Positions 20,687 to 29,977 of a DNA stretch of 64,000 nucleotides are shown here, piece after piece. The notes beneath the pieces were generated by a model. The model did not search any database. It had not been told where the DNA came from and saw nothing but the letters and a program-made list of their open reading frames with translations. This stretch comes from Dehalococcoidia bacterium (GTDB lineage: Bacteria; Chloroflexota; Dehalococcoidia; DSTF01; JACRBR01). The translations under genes and the position numbers were made by a program. Location of the stretch: NCBI GenBank assembly GCA_041494685.1, contig JBGQBE010000001.1:144286-208285 (forward strand), written 5' to 3'. Numbering within the stretch: position 1 is the stretch's first letter; the number at the start of each line of letters is the position of its first letter.

Positions 20687-21157
20687 TCAGCTTTCGTCGC
20701 GCCGCACCACGCCGTCGCCCTTTTCGTGCTGCTCGATGCCGTCCGCCAGCGTGTGCCACGCCAGCGTCGCGCACTTCACGCGCACCGCGAACTTCGCGAC
20801 GCCCTGCAGCGCCTCGAGGTCGCCCAGGTCCTCCGGCACCACCGCGTCCGGCTCCATCATCATCTGCTTGAACTCGTCGCTCAGGCGCCGGATCTGGGCG
20901 ATGTCCTTGCCCTGCACCAGCTCCGACATCATCGAACTCGACGCCTGGCTGATCGAACAGCCGCGCCCCTTGATGCCGATCCCGCTCAGGCGCTCGCCGT
21001 CGAACGCCAGCTGCATCTCGATCTCGTCGCCGCATACGGGGTTGTACCCCTCGGCGATCACGTCGGCGTGATCGAGCGGTTCATGGTGGCGCGGGTGCTT
21101 ATAGTGGTCGAGGATCAGCTCACGGTAGAGCTCATCCAGCTCCAACTCTTGCGACAT
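20687..21157 (-). CDS. sufU: SUF-system NifU/IscU-like scaffold SufU
   Basis: NPVCGDEI...GRGCSISQAS Cys ligands. Confidence 0.85.
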   Translation of the reverse strand: MSQELELDELYRELILDHYKHPRHHEPLDHADVIAEGYNPVCGDEIEMQLAFDGERLSGIGIKGRGCSISQASSSMMSELVQGKDIAQIRRLSDEFKQMMMEPDAVVPEDLGDLEALQGVAKFAVRVKCATLAWHTLADGIEQHEKGDGVVRRDES

Positions 21158-22391
21158 TGCCGAATATCCGGTCCGTCGCGCGGATGCCCTCGATCAGCGC
21201 GTCGACCTCGTCCTTCCTGTTGTACACGTAGAAGCTCGCGCGCGCCGTTGCCACCGCGCCCAGGCGGCGCATCAGCGGCTGCGCGCAGTGGTGCCCCGCG
21301 CGGATCGCGATCGCGTGCTGGTCCAGCACCTGGCTCAGGTCGTGCGGGTGCAGATCGCCGTAGTTGAAAGCGACCGCGCCGCCCTTCTCCTCCGCGTCCA
21401 GCGGCCCGTACAGGGTCACACCATCGACGCCGCGCAGCCGCTCGATCGCGTAGCGGGTGATCTCGATCTCGTGCGCCCGCACCGCGTCCATGCCGAGCCC
21501 TTCGAGGTAGTCGATCGCCGCGCCGAAGGCGATCACGTCGGCGATGTTCGGAGTACCGGCCTCGAACTTGTTCGGCAGGTCGGCGTAGGTGCTCGTCTCG
21601 TACGTGACGCGCTTGATCATCTCGCCGCCGCCCAGGTACGGGTCCATCGCTTCGAGGATCTCGCGCCGGCCCCACAGCACGCCGACGCCCGTGGGCCCCA
21701 GCATCTTGTGCGACGAGAACGCCAGGAAGTCGCAGCCCAGCTCCTGCACGTCCACGCGCATGTGCGGCACGCTCTGCGCGCCGTCCACCACGACGACCGC
21801 GCCGAAGCGGTGCGCCACCTCCGCGATCTTGCGGATCGGGTTGATCGTGCCCAGCACGTTCGACATCTGCGAGATCGCCACGATCTTCGTGCGCTCGCCA
21901 ATCTTCGCCAGCACGTCGTCCCAGTCCAGCTTGCCCGCGTCGTCGATGTCGATCACGCGCAGCGTGGCGCCCGTCGCCTGCGCGATGAGTTGCCACGGGA
22001 TCAGGTTGCTGTGGTGCTCCATCGCCGAGAAGACGATCTCGTCGCCCGGCCGCAGGTACTTGCGCCCCCAGGCGTTCGAGACCAGGTTCAGCGACTCGGT
22101 CGCGTTGCGCGTGAAGATGACTTCTTCCGCCGGATGCGGCGCGTTGATGAAGCGGCCCGCCTTCAGGCGCGCGCCCTCGTACGCCGCCGTGGCCTCCTCC
22201 GCCAGCGTGTGCAGCCCTCGATGGATGTTCGCGTTGTAGTGCTCGTAGTAGTGCACCAGCGCGTCGATCACCTGGCGCGGCTTCTGCGTCGTCGCGGCGT
22301 TGTCCAGGTACACCAGCGTCTTGCCGTGTACCTGCCGCTCCAGGATGGGGAAGTCTTTGCGGATCTCGTCTACGTTGTACGTGTCACTCAC
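21132..22391 (-). CDS. sufS: Cysteine desulfurase SufS
   Basis: 419 aa class V aminotransferase. HHSNLIPWQ and SSHKMLGPTG motifs. RAGHHCAQP active-site region. Confidence 0.9.
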   Translation of the reverse strand: MSDTYNVDEIRKDFPILERQVHGKTLVYLDNAATTQKPRQVIDALVHYYEHYNANIHRGLHTLAEEATAAYEGARLKAGRFINAPHPAEEVIFTRNATESLNLVSNAWGRKYLRPGDEIVFSAMEHHSNLIPWQLIAQATGATLRVIDIDDAGKLDWDDVLAKIGERTKIVAISQMSNVLGTINPIRKIAEVAHRFGAVVVVDGAQSVPHMRVDVQELGCDFLAFSSHKMLGPTGVGVLWGRREILEAMDPYLGGGEMIKRVTYETSTYADLPNKFEAGTPNIADVIAFGAAIDYLEGLGMDAVRAHEIEITRYAIERLRGVDGVTLYGPLDAEEKGGAVAFNYGDLHPHDLSQVLDQHAIAIRAGHHCAQPLMRRLGAVATARASFYVYNRKDEVDALIEGIRATDRIFGNVARVGAG

Positions 22392-22400
22392 CGAAGCTCT

Positions 22401-22724
22401 CTAGCCCGCATCCACCTGCACGTCGTCGCCTTCGACGCGTACGGGGTACGTCCGCACCGGGCGCACCGCGGGCAGCACGGCCGGGCGTCCCGTCGTCACG
22501 TCGAACTTCGCGCCATGGCGCGGGCACTCGACGAGATTGCCCTGCAACTCGCCCTGGTCCAGTGGGCCGCCGTCGTGCGTGCACACGTCATCGATCGCGT
22601 AGAAGCGCCCGTTCACGTTGCACAGCGCGATGCGCGCGCCAGCCACGTCGTGCACGCTGATCGTGCCCGGCGGCGTGTCCGTTACCCTTGCGACCGTTAC
22701 GAAACTCATCCCTGTTGCCTTCAC
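22401..22724 (-). CDS. Rieske [2Fe-2S] ferredoxin-like protein in the suf operon
   Basis: CTHDGGPL...CPRHGAKF Rieske boxes. Confidence 0.8.
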   Translation of the reverse strand: MKATGMSFVTVARVTDTPPGTISVHDVAGARIALCNVNGRFYAIDDVCTHDGGPLDQGELQGNLVECPRHGAKFDVTTGRPAVLPAVRPVRTYPVRVEGDDVQVDAG

Positions 22725-22749
22725 TTGCCGCCGAAACCGGGCGGGATGT

Positions 22750-24123
22750 CTACGCGCTCAGCATCTCGTCGAACGTCAGCTCGCCGGCGCGGCCGCCCGC
22801 CTTCACCAGCACCGCGTCCAGCACGCGCTGCCGCAGCGCCACGTCCGGGATGCGGTTGATGACGCTGGCGAAGAAGCCCTCGATCAGCATCTGCTCCGCC
22901 ACCTTGCGCGGGATCGCTCGCGCTTCGAGATAGAACAACTCGTTCTCGTCTACCGGGCCCGCCGTCGCGCCGTGGCTGCACTTCGACACGTCGTGCGCCT
23001 TGATCTCCAGGATCGGGATCGGCGCGGCCTTCGCGTGCTCGCTCAGCAGCAGGTTGCGCGACGTCTGGTTCGCCTCGCTGCCGCCGGCGGTCTCGTTGAT
23101 CCGCGTGATCCCGTACCACACGAACGACGCGCTGTCCGTCATCGCCGACTTGAACTGCAGGTCGCTCACCGTGTGCTTGCCATCGTGGTTCTGCAGCGTG
23201 TTGTAGTCGAAGTGCTGCTTGCCGTCGCCGAACGTCACACCCAGCAGATCGACGCGCGATCCCGGCTGCCCCATCTCCGTGTCGATGCGCATCTTCGTGA
23301 CCTTGCCGCCGATGCCGGCCGCGAGCGCCAGGAAGTGCGCGTCCCGCCCGACGATCGCCCGGACGGTGTTGAAGTTGCTGACGTTCTGGCCCCAGCGGTT
23401 CACCGCGTAGTACTCGACGCGCGCGCCGTCGCCGACGAAGATCTCGACCGCGCCGCTGACGAACGCCGGTTCCGCGCCTTCCGCCGACAGCACCTCGTCG
23501 ACGAACGTCACCTTCGCGCCGCGCTCCGCCACGATCAGCGTGCGCGGGAAGAGCGCCAGCCGCTCGCTCGATATCCCCGTCGCCAGCTGCACCGGCAGGT
23601 CGATCTCCACGTCCTTCGGCACGTACAGGAAGCAGCCGCCGCTCCACAACGCCGCGTTCAGCGCGATGTACTTCCACTCGTCTTGCTTCACGGCCGTGCT
23701 GAGATACTTCTGCAGCAGGTCGCCGTGCTCGCGCGCGGCCGCGTGCAGGTCCATCAGGATCACGCCCTTCGCGCGCAGGTCGTCCCGGAGCTGCGTGAAC
23801 ACGACGTCGGAGTCCTGCTGGAAGATCCGCCCCGCCGACGGGCCGCCGTCCCACGCGCTGCGCAGCGCCTCCGGGAGCGCGTCCGGCGAAGTCACCGGCA
23901 CCGACGCGCTGAGCGCGCGCATGCCGTCGAACGTCATCGCGCGCACGTCCGTGCGGCGCCACTCTTCATCGCTGGGGTCGGGGAAGTCCATCGTCTCGAA
24001 CGCGCGCCACGCGCCGTTGCGCCGCTCGCGCAGCCACGCCGGCTCGTCGCGCCGCGCCGACACGGAGTCCACGTCGGCCTGCGTCAGCCCCGTGATTCCG
24101 GGAGTCAGGGTTGTTTCCGTCAT
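22750..24123 (-). CDS. sufD: Fe-S cluster assembly protein SufD
   Basis: ORF 22750..24186 trimmed to MTETTLTPG. SufBD family C-terminal beta-helix region. Confidence 0.8.
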   Translation of the reverse strand: MTETTLTPGITGLTQADVDSVSARRDEPAWLRERRNGAWRAFETMDFPDPSDEEWRRTDVRAMTFDGMRALSASVPVTSPDALPEALRSAWDGGPSAGRIFQQDSDVVFTQLRDDLRAKGVILMDLHAAAREHGDLLQKYLSTAVKQDEWKYIALNAALWSGGCFLYVPKDVEIDLPVQLATGISSERLALFPRTLIVAERGAKVTFVDEVLSAEGAEPAFVSGAVEIFVGDGARVEYYAVNRWGQNVSNFNTVRAIVGRDAHFLALAAGIGGKVTKMRIDTEMGQPGSRVDLLGVTFGDGKQHFDYNTLQNHDGKHTVSDLQFKSAMTDSASFVWYGITRINETAGGSEANQTSRNLLLSEHAKAAPIPILEIKAHDVSKCSHGATAGPVDENELFYLEARAIPRKVAEQMLIEGFFASVINRIPDVALRQRVLDAVLVKAGGRAGELTFDEMLSA

Positions 24124-24205
24124 AATCTCACCATCCGGCCGGGGCGTACCGCCCGGCCCTGTGCTCTTCATCGCGCGCGTGTCCAAGCGCTGGCCCTCGA
24201 GGCCG

Positions 24206-25636
24206 CTACCCGACAGCGCCTTCCATCTGCAGCTCGATGAGGCGGTTCAGCTCCACCGCGTACTCCATCGGCAGCTCCTTCACGATCGGCTCCACGAAGC
24301 CGTTGACGATCATCTTCGTCGCGTCGACCTCGCTGAGGCCGCGGCTCTGCAGGTAGAAGAGCTGGTCCTCGCCGACCTTCGAGACCGAGGCCTCGTGGCC
24401 GATGTTCACCTGCTCCTCCTCGATCTCCATCAGCGGATACGTGTCCGAGCGCGACTCCTCGTCCAGCAGCAGCGCGTCGCAGCGCACCGTCGCCTTCGAG
24501 CGGAACGCGCCCGGGTACACCTTCAGCGCGCCGCGGTAGCTCGTGCGGCCGCTGCCCTTCGACACCGACTTCGAGATGATCGTCGAGGTCGTGTCCGGCG
24601 CCACGTGCACGATCTTCGCGCCCGCGTCCTGGTGCTGGCCGGGGCCCGCCATCGCCAGCGAGAGGATCTCGCCGTGCGCATGCGGCTCCATCAGGTACAC
24701 GCTGGGGTACTTCATCGTCAGGCGCGAGCCCAGGTTGCCGTCCACCCACTCCATCACCGCGCCCTCGTACGCCGCGGCGCGCTTGGTCACGAGGTTGTAG
24801 ACGTTCGTCGACCAGTTCTGGATCGTCGTGTAGCGCACGCGCGCGTTCTTCTTCACGATGATCTCGACGACGGCGCTGTGTAGCGCGTCGGTCGAGTACG
24901 TCGGTGCCGTGCAGCCTTCGACGTAGTGGACGTAGCTGCCTTCCTCGGCGATGATCAGCGTCCGCTCGAACTGGCCCATGTTCTCTTTGTTGATGCGGAA
25001 GTAGGCCTGGAGCGGGATGTCCACCTTCACGCCGGCCGGCACATACACGAAGCTGCCGCCCGACCACACCGCGCTGTTCAGCGCCGCGAACTTGTTGTCC
25101 GCCGGCGGCACGATCGTCCCGAAGTACTGCTGCATCAGCTCCGGGTAGTCGCGTACCGCGCTGTCCGTGTCCGTGAAGATCACGCCCAGCTTCTCCAGGT
25201 CCGCGCGGATGCTGTGATACACCACCTCGGAGTCGTACTGCGCGCCCACGCCGGCGATCAGCGACTTCTTCTCCGCCTCCGGGATGCCCAGCTTGTCGAA
25301 CGTGTCCTTGATGTACTCCGGCACGTCCGACCAGTCGGCCTCCGGGCGGTCCGACGCCCGCGCGTAGTAGTAGATGTCGTTGAAGTCCAGGTCGTAGTTC
25401 TGGATGCTGCCGCCCCAGAAGCCCGTCGGCATCGGCTTCTCGAGGAAGTGGTGGTACGACTTCAGGCGGAAGTCCGTCATCCACTGCGGCTCGTTCTTCA
25501 CCTTCGAGATCTCGCGCACCACGTCCTCGCTCAACCCCTTCTCGGTGCGATACGTGTACGTGGCGTTGTCGTTGTCGTTGAAGCCGAACTTGTAGCCATC
25601 GGCCGCCGGCAGGTTCGGTGTGATCTTGGCAACCAT
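24206..25636 (-). CDS. sufB: Fe-S cluster assembly protein SufB
   Basis: 3' 477 codons of ORF 24206..26446. ATG shares 1 nt with the sufC TGA (TGATG). Confidence 0.9.
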   Translation of the reverse strand: MVAKITPNLPAADGYKFGFNDNDNATYTYRTEKGLSEDVVREISKVKNEPQWMTDFRLKSYHHFLEKPMPTGFWGGSIQNYDLDFNDIYYYARASDRPEADWSDVPEYIKDTFDKLGIPEAEKKSLIAGVGAQYDSEVVYHSIRADLEKLGVIFTDTDSAVRDYPELMQQYFGTIVPPADNKFAALNSAVWSGGSFVYVPAGVKVDIPLQAYFRINKENMGQFERTLIIAEEGSYVHYVEGCTAPTYSTDALHSAVVEIIVKKNARVRYTTIQNWSTNVYNLVTKRAAAYEGAVMEWVDGNLGSRLTMKYPSVYLMEPHAHGEILSLAMAGPGQHQDAGAKIVHVAPDTTSTIISKSVSKGSGRTSYRGALKVYPGAFRSKATVRCDALLLDEESRSDTYPLMEIEEEQVNIGHEASVSKVGEDQLFYLQSRGLSEVDATKMIVNGFVEPIVKELPMEYAVELNRLIELQMEGAVG

Positions 25637-26415
25637 CAGGCCTTCTCCCCGGTCGCCGCCAGCGCGGGACCGTACTTCGCGATCACGGGGTCGTACCCCT
25701 CCGCCTCCAGCTGCAACGCCAGGTCCGCCCCGCCCGACTGGATGATCCGCCCGGCGAACAGGATATGCACGAACTGCGGCTTGATGTAGTTCAGCAGGCG
25801 CTGGTAGTGCGTGATCAGCACGATGCCCAGCTTCGGGCTCGTCAGCGCGTTCACGCCCTCCGCCACCGTCCGCAGCGCGTCGATGTCGAGGCCCGAGTCC
25901 GTCTCGTCCATCACCGCCAGGTCGGGGTCCAGGATGCCCATCTGCAGGATCTCGGCGCGCTTCTTCTCGCCGCCGGAGAACCCCTCGTTCACGTAGCGCC
26001 GCGCAAACTGCTCGTCCATCTTCAGCATCTTCATCGTGGAGAGCAGCTTCTCGCGGAACTCGCGCACCGGCACGTCCTCGCCGCGCACGGCCTTCATCGC
26101 CTGGCGCAGGAAGTTCACCATCGTCACGCCCGGGATGCTCGTCGGATACTGGAACGCCAGGAAGATGCCGCGCCGTGCGCGCTCGTCCGGCGACAGCCCG
26201 GCGAGGTCCTCGCCTTTGAAGATCATCGAGCCGCCGGTGATCTGATAGCGCGGGTGCCCCATCAGGGCGTTCGCCAGCGTGCTCTTGCCGGAGCCGTTCG
26301 GCCCCATGATCGCGTGCACCTCGCCGCGGTTGACCGTCAGGTCGACGCCGTTGAGGATCTGCTTCCCCTCCACGGCGACCGTCAGGCCGCTGATCTGCAA
26401 CAGTTGGTCTGCCAT
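25636..26415 (-). CDS. sufC: Fe-S cluster assembly ATPase SufC
   Basis: [10 protein letters not shown] Walker A. LSGGEKKR signature. ORF 25636..26448 trimmed to MADQLLQ. Confidence 0.9.
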   Translation of the reverse strand: MADQLLQISGLTVAVEGKQILNGVDLTVNRGEVHAIMGPNGSGKSTLANALMGHPRYQITGGSMIFKGEDLAGLSPDERARRGIFLAFQYPTSIPGVTMVNFLRQAMKAVRGEDVPVREFREKLLSTMKMLKMDEQFARRYVNEGFSGGEKKRAEILQMGILDPDLAVMDETDSGLDIDALRTVAEGVNALTSPKLGIVLITHYQRLLNYIKPQFVHILFAGRIIQSGGADLALQLEAEGYDPVIAKYGPALAATGEKA

Positions 26416-26471
26416 CCGTCCTCGTCTCTCTACCCTTCGCGGGCACATGCGTTGCCTGTTGCGCGCCGGCT

Positions 26472-27113
26472 CTACGCCTTCGGCGGCGCCGATTCCGCGT
26501 GCTCGCGGACTACGTACTCACACATCGCGTGGCCGTCCACCACGCGGCTTCTCTGCTCCACCGGCATACCCACCAGCAGCTCGATCACCATGTGGTCGGC
26601 GTGGCACGGCGCGCCCGACGCCTCGGCCGCCTTGCGGTACGGGCACGACGTGTTCATCAGGTGGAAGCCGTCGTCGTCCTTCCGCCAGTGATCGACGATG
26701 CCCTCGTCCTTCAGCGCCGCGCTGGTCTCCGCAACGCGCTCGCTCAGCGTCGTCCCGGTCACCGCGGTGCGATACGACCCGGCGATGTCTTCCGCCACGC
26801 CCGCGAACACCTGCTGCATCACGGTCGACTTCTGGTCGTCCGGCAGCGCCTCGATGCTGCGGAACATCCGGTTGATCAGGCGCGGGTACTGCGCGTTCAT
26901 CTCGTGGGCGCGTTCTGTCAAGTAATACAGATACGACGGCCGCCCGATCTCGTGCCTTCGCATGCGGAAATCGACCATCCCCTCCGCGCGCAGGACATCG
27001 AGGTGGCGGCGGATGTTCGCCTGGTTCAGCCCCAGTTCGAGCGCAATATCGGCCACCGTAGCTTCGCCACGGGCCGCCAGCACGTCTCTCATCAGGTCGC
27101 GGGTAGATTTCAT
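26472..27113 (-). CDS. sufR: SufR-like HTH transcriptional regulator (Cys-containing C-terminus)
   Basis: N-terminal winged-HTH ([18 protein letters not shown]). C-terminal Cys residues. Heads the suf operon. Confidence 0.7.
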   Translation of the reverse strand: MKSTRDLMRDVLAARGEATVADIALELGLNQANIRRHLDVLRAEGMVDFRMRRHEIGRPSYLYYLTERAHEMNAQYPRLINRMFRSIEALPDDQKSTVMQQVFAGVAEDIAGSYRTAVTGTTLSERVAETSAALKDEGIVDHWRKDDDGFHLMNTSCPYRKAAEASGAPCHADHMVIELLVGMPVEQRSRVVDGHAMCEYVVREHAESAPPKA

Positions 27114-27159
27114 AGCAGTTCATCCTAGCGCCCGCTCAGGTGCATATCAAGACTTAACA

Positions 27160-27171
27160 TGCAAATTTGCA
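27160..27171. promoter_or_regulatory. Perfect 12-bp palindrome TGCAAATTTGCA in the divergent sufR/ZIP promoter region (candidate SufR or Zur-type operator)
   Basis: Read directly. Sits in an AT-rich 200-nt intergenic region with further inverted repeats (GGAAATG...CATTTCC). Confidence 0.4.
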
Positions 27172-27316
27172 GGGAAATGCGCGCAGCGCGATTCCGGAGA
27201 ATCATTTCCGTGTCCATTCGGCCCGTCACGGGGGGCCATGTTACCCTCGACTAATACGCGATCTTAGTCTATGCTAATACTCAAGTCAGCCTGGCGGGTG
27301 CGGGAGTGGTCTGGCC

Positions 27317-28168
27317 ATGAGTGAATCAAGAACCCTCATCCTCGGCTTCATCGCCGGCGTCACGATCCTGCTGGGCCTCCCGCTCGGACGGATGCGCAGC
27401 CCGCGTCCCGGTCTCCGTCAGTTCCTCAACGCCCTCGCCATCGGCATCCTCGTCTTCCTGCTCTGGGACATCCTCGAGCACGGCTGGGAGCCCATCGACG
27501 GCGCCCTCGCGAGCTTCCACGACAACGCCGGCGGCCTCGCGCCCGTGTTCGGCTACGGCACACTGCTGCTCGGCGGCCTCGCCGTCGCCCTCATGGGCCT
27601 CGTCTACTACGAGCGCTGGCTGGATCGCGCCGGCCGGCCGAAGCGCTTCGGCCCCGGCGCCATGGCCGCAGGCGAGCTGGCGGCCGAGCGCACAGGCATC
27701 GCGGCGTGGTCCGCGGCCCGCAGGCTGGCGCTGCTGATCGCCGTCGGCATCGGCCTGCACAACTTCGGCGAGGGACTCGCGATCGGCGGCAGCGCCGCCA
27801 GCGGCGAGATCAGCCTCGCGACCGTGCTCGTGATCGGCTTCGCGCTGCACAACGCCACCGAAGGCTTCGGCATCGTCGCGCCGCTCGCGGCGGACGGCGA
27901 CCGCCCGGGCTGGGGTTTCCTGGCGGCGATGGGTGCCATCGGCGGCGCGCCGACGTTCTTCGGCACGGTCGTCGGCCGCCAGTTCACCAGCGAGGCGATG
28001 AGCGTCACGTTCCTCGCGCTCGCCGGCGGGTCGATCCTCTACGTGATCATCCAGCTGCTCGGCGTGGCGCACCGTGCGGGACAGAAGGAGCTGCTCTACT
28101 GGGGCGTGCTCGCCGGCCTGGCCGCGGGCTTCATCACCGACATGGTCGTCACCGCCGGCGGCGCGTAA
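27317..28168 (+). CDS. ZIP family metal (Zn/Fe) transporter, ZupT-like
   Basis: HNFGEGLAIG and HNATEGFGIV motifs. 8 TM helices. Confidence 0.85.
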   Translation: MSESRTLILGFIAGVTILLGLPLGRMRSPRPGLRQFLNALAIGILVFLLWDILEHGWEPIDGALASFHDNAGGLAPVFGYGTLLLGGLAVALMGLVYYERWLDRAGRPKRFGPGAMAAGELAAERTGIAAWSAARRLALLIAVGIGLHNFGEGLAIGGSAASGEISLATVLVIGFALHNATEGFGIVAPLAADGDRPGWGFLAAMGAIGGAPTFFGTVVGRQFTSEAMSVTFLALAGGSILYVIIQLLGVAHRAGQKELLYWGVLAGLAAGFITDMVVTAGGA

Positions 28169-28180
28169 GCAAGCTCTTCC

Positions 28181-28262
28181 CGTCCGCGCGGACGATCACC
28201 CTCCGCATCCAGCACACTCGATCGCCCTTCCCGCGCCGGGAAGGGTAAGGGGTCAGGTTCGC
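28181..28262 (+). repeat. Copy 1 of a ~75-nt dispersed intergenic repeat element with hairpin CCCTTCCCG-CGC-CGGGAAGGG
   Basis: ~80% identical to 44034..44120 (shared ...cctccgc...gcacactcgatcgcccttcc...gggtaaggggtcaggt). Confidence 0.6.
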
Positions 28263-29263
28263 TACAACTTCACCAGCTGGTCGAGCGCCGACGTCAGCTC
28301 TTCGTCCGAGAAGATCGACTCCAGCTTCCCCTTCACCTTGCCGTCGCTGCCCACGAAGAACGTCCACGGCTCCGTCGAAAGGTTCCACTCCCGCATCGCG
28401 GGGCGGTACTGCTGAAGCTGGAAGTCCTGCCACACCTCGATGTGCACGAAGTCGATGCGGTCCTGGTACTTCGGCACCTCGTTCAACAGCACCTCCAGCA
28501 CCGGGCCGCAGAAGCGCGTCTGGCAGAACGCCGGCGTGCTGAACTGCACCACCAGCGGCCGTCCCTTCCCCACCAGGTCCCCGATCACCTTGTCGTGCAG
28601 CGGGCATGCGGGCGCGCGCGAGCAGAGGCTGGCGGCGTTCGTGTTCGTCGCCGTCGTATCGTTGCGGCTCGCCGGCGCGACGCTGCCGAGCGCGGGCGTC
28701 CGCGCCTGCGCCAGCACCTCGAACGGCGCGTCGATCGTCGTCCCGCGGCTGCCGTCGTTCGGCGCGACGCTGATCTCGACCGCCCACTTGCCCGCCACGT
28801 CGAACGGCGTGTTGGCGACGTAGAAGGCGACGCTGTCGTCCGGCACGTCGTTCTGCGGGCTGGTGTCGTGCGTGTGCGCGCCCGCGACGTTCAGCTCGAC
28901 GAACGTTCCGTCGCCCTCGCCGCGCAGCGTGCCGGTCGCGCCGTCCGCGCCGACCGTGAAGAACTTCATGTGGACCTTCGCGTCCTTCACCAGCTTGCGC
29001 TGCGCGTTCAGAAGGCCGACCGCGAAGCGGTTGTCCTGCCCCGCCACGAACTCCGACGTCAGCAGCGCCGGTGTGATGCCGCCCGGCGCGGGCGTGCCCG
29101 CCGGCACCGGCGTCGCGGTCGCCGCCTTCGACGACCCGCCGCCGCCGCAGCCGAGCGCGTAGAACGCCGCGCCGCCGGCGGTGGCCGCCAGCGCCCCGCG
29201 CAGGAACGCCCGCCGGTCGATCGGCCGCCACAGGTCGGAGCGCGGGCGCGGAGACTCGCTCAT
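28262..29263 (-). CDS. Tat-signal lipoprotein with C-terminal thioredoxin-like (SCO/TlpA-like) domain
   Basis: RRAFLRG twin-arginine motif followed by lipobox ALGC. C-terminal FSTPAFCQTRFCGP (Cys pair in a thioredoxin-fold context). Confidence 0.6.
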   Translation of the reverse strand: MSESPRPRSDLWRPIDRRAFLRGALAATAGGAAFYALGCGGGGSSKAATATPVPAGTPAPGGITPALLTSEFVAGQDNRFAVGLLNAQRKLVKDAKVHMKFFTVGADGATGTLRGEGDGTFVELNVAGAHTHDTSPQNDVPDDSVAFYVANTPFDVAGKWAVEISVAPNDGSRGTTIDAPFEVLAQARTPALGSVAPASRNDTTATNTNAASLCSRAPACPLHDKVIGDLVGKGRPLVVQFSTPAFCQTRFCGPVLEVLLNEVPKYQDRIDFVHIEVWQDFQLQQYRPAMREWNLSTEPWTFFVGSDGKVKGKLESIFSDEELTSALDQLVKL

Positions 29264-29362
29264 CTTTGACACCGTACGGCACCCCGCCCGCACCGGCAAC
29301 TGCGGGTCAGCTTGTCAGCGTTCGGCGGTCAGGCCCGTCCACCAGCGGCCGTTGCCCTGGCA

Positions 29363-29977
29363 TCATTCGCCGCGCAGCCCCTCGACGCCCTCTCGCACGA
29401 TCCACGGCACCATCGCCAGCGCCGCGGCGACGTCCGCCCACCACCAGCCGAACGCGGCGTTGGCCGCCAGGCCGGCCAGCAACGTCACCGCGAGGTACGC
29501 GCAGATCAGCGTCTCGGTCGACTCGGCGACGAGCGCAGCCGAATCGAGCCGCCGTGCGTTGCGCCGCTTGGCGATCCCGAGCGCCGGGTTCACGGCGACG
29601 GACACCACGGACAGTCCGAGGCCGTACGCCGACGTCGCCGGCTCGTTGCCCGGCACGGCCGCATAGGCGGATTGCGCCACGACGTACGCCGCCAGCGCGA
29701 TGAACGTCGCGCCGATGACGCGCTGCGCCGTGCGTTCGGCGCGCCGCGCTGCTCCGCCCGCGGCCGGTACCCCGAGCCGCCACAGCAGCACGCCCGCCGC
29801 CCCGATCTCGATCACGCTGTCCAGCCCGAAGCCCACCAGCGCGACGCTCCCGGCAAGCACACCCAGGGCGACCGCAACGCCGCCCTCGGCCAAGTTCCAC
29901 GCCACCGTCAGCCACAGCAGCACCACTGCTCGCCGCTCGCGATACGCATCACCGTCGTGCTCGGTCACGTGGCTCAC
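29363..29977 (-). CDS. Small CDF-like (COG3965-type) divalent cation transporter membrane protein
   Basis: 3' 204 codons of ORF 29363..32302. GTG start overlaps the ligD TGA (GTGA). WNLAEGG...GSVALVGFGLDSVIE resembles the CDF TM1-2 signature. Confidence 0.5.
   Translation of the reverse strand: MSHVTEHDGDAYRERRAVVLLWLTVAWNLAEGGVAVALGVLAGSVALVGFGLDSVIEIGAAGVLLWRLGVPAAGGAARRAERTAQRVIGATFIALAAYVVAQSAYAAVPGNEPATSAYGLGLSVVSVAVNPALGIAKRRNARRLDSAALVAESTETLICAYLAVTLLAGLAANAAFGWWWADVAAALAMVPWIVREGVEGLRGE

Noticed and set aside
21115-24883. Multiple long alternate-frame ORFs across sufS/sufD/sufB (21115..21996 -, 21288..22859 +, 22618..24240 +, 22721..23962 -, 23540..24883 +, 24168..25484 -, 24926..25789 +, 25765..26691 +)
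   Set aside because: All overlap conserved suf genes and translate to Arg/Ala/Asp/His-rich low-complexity sequence.
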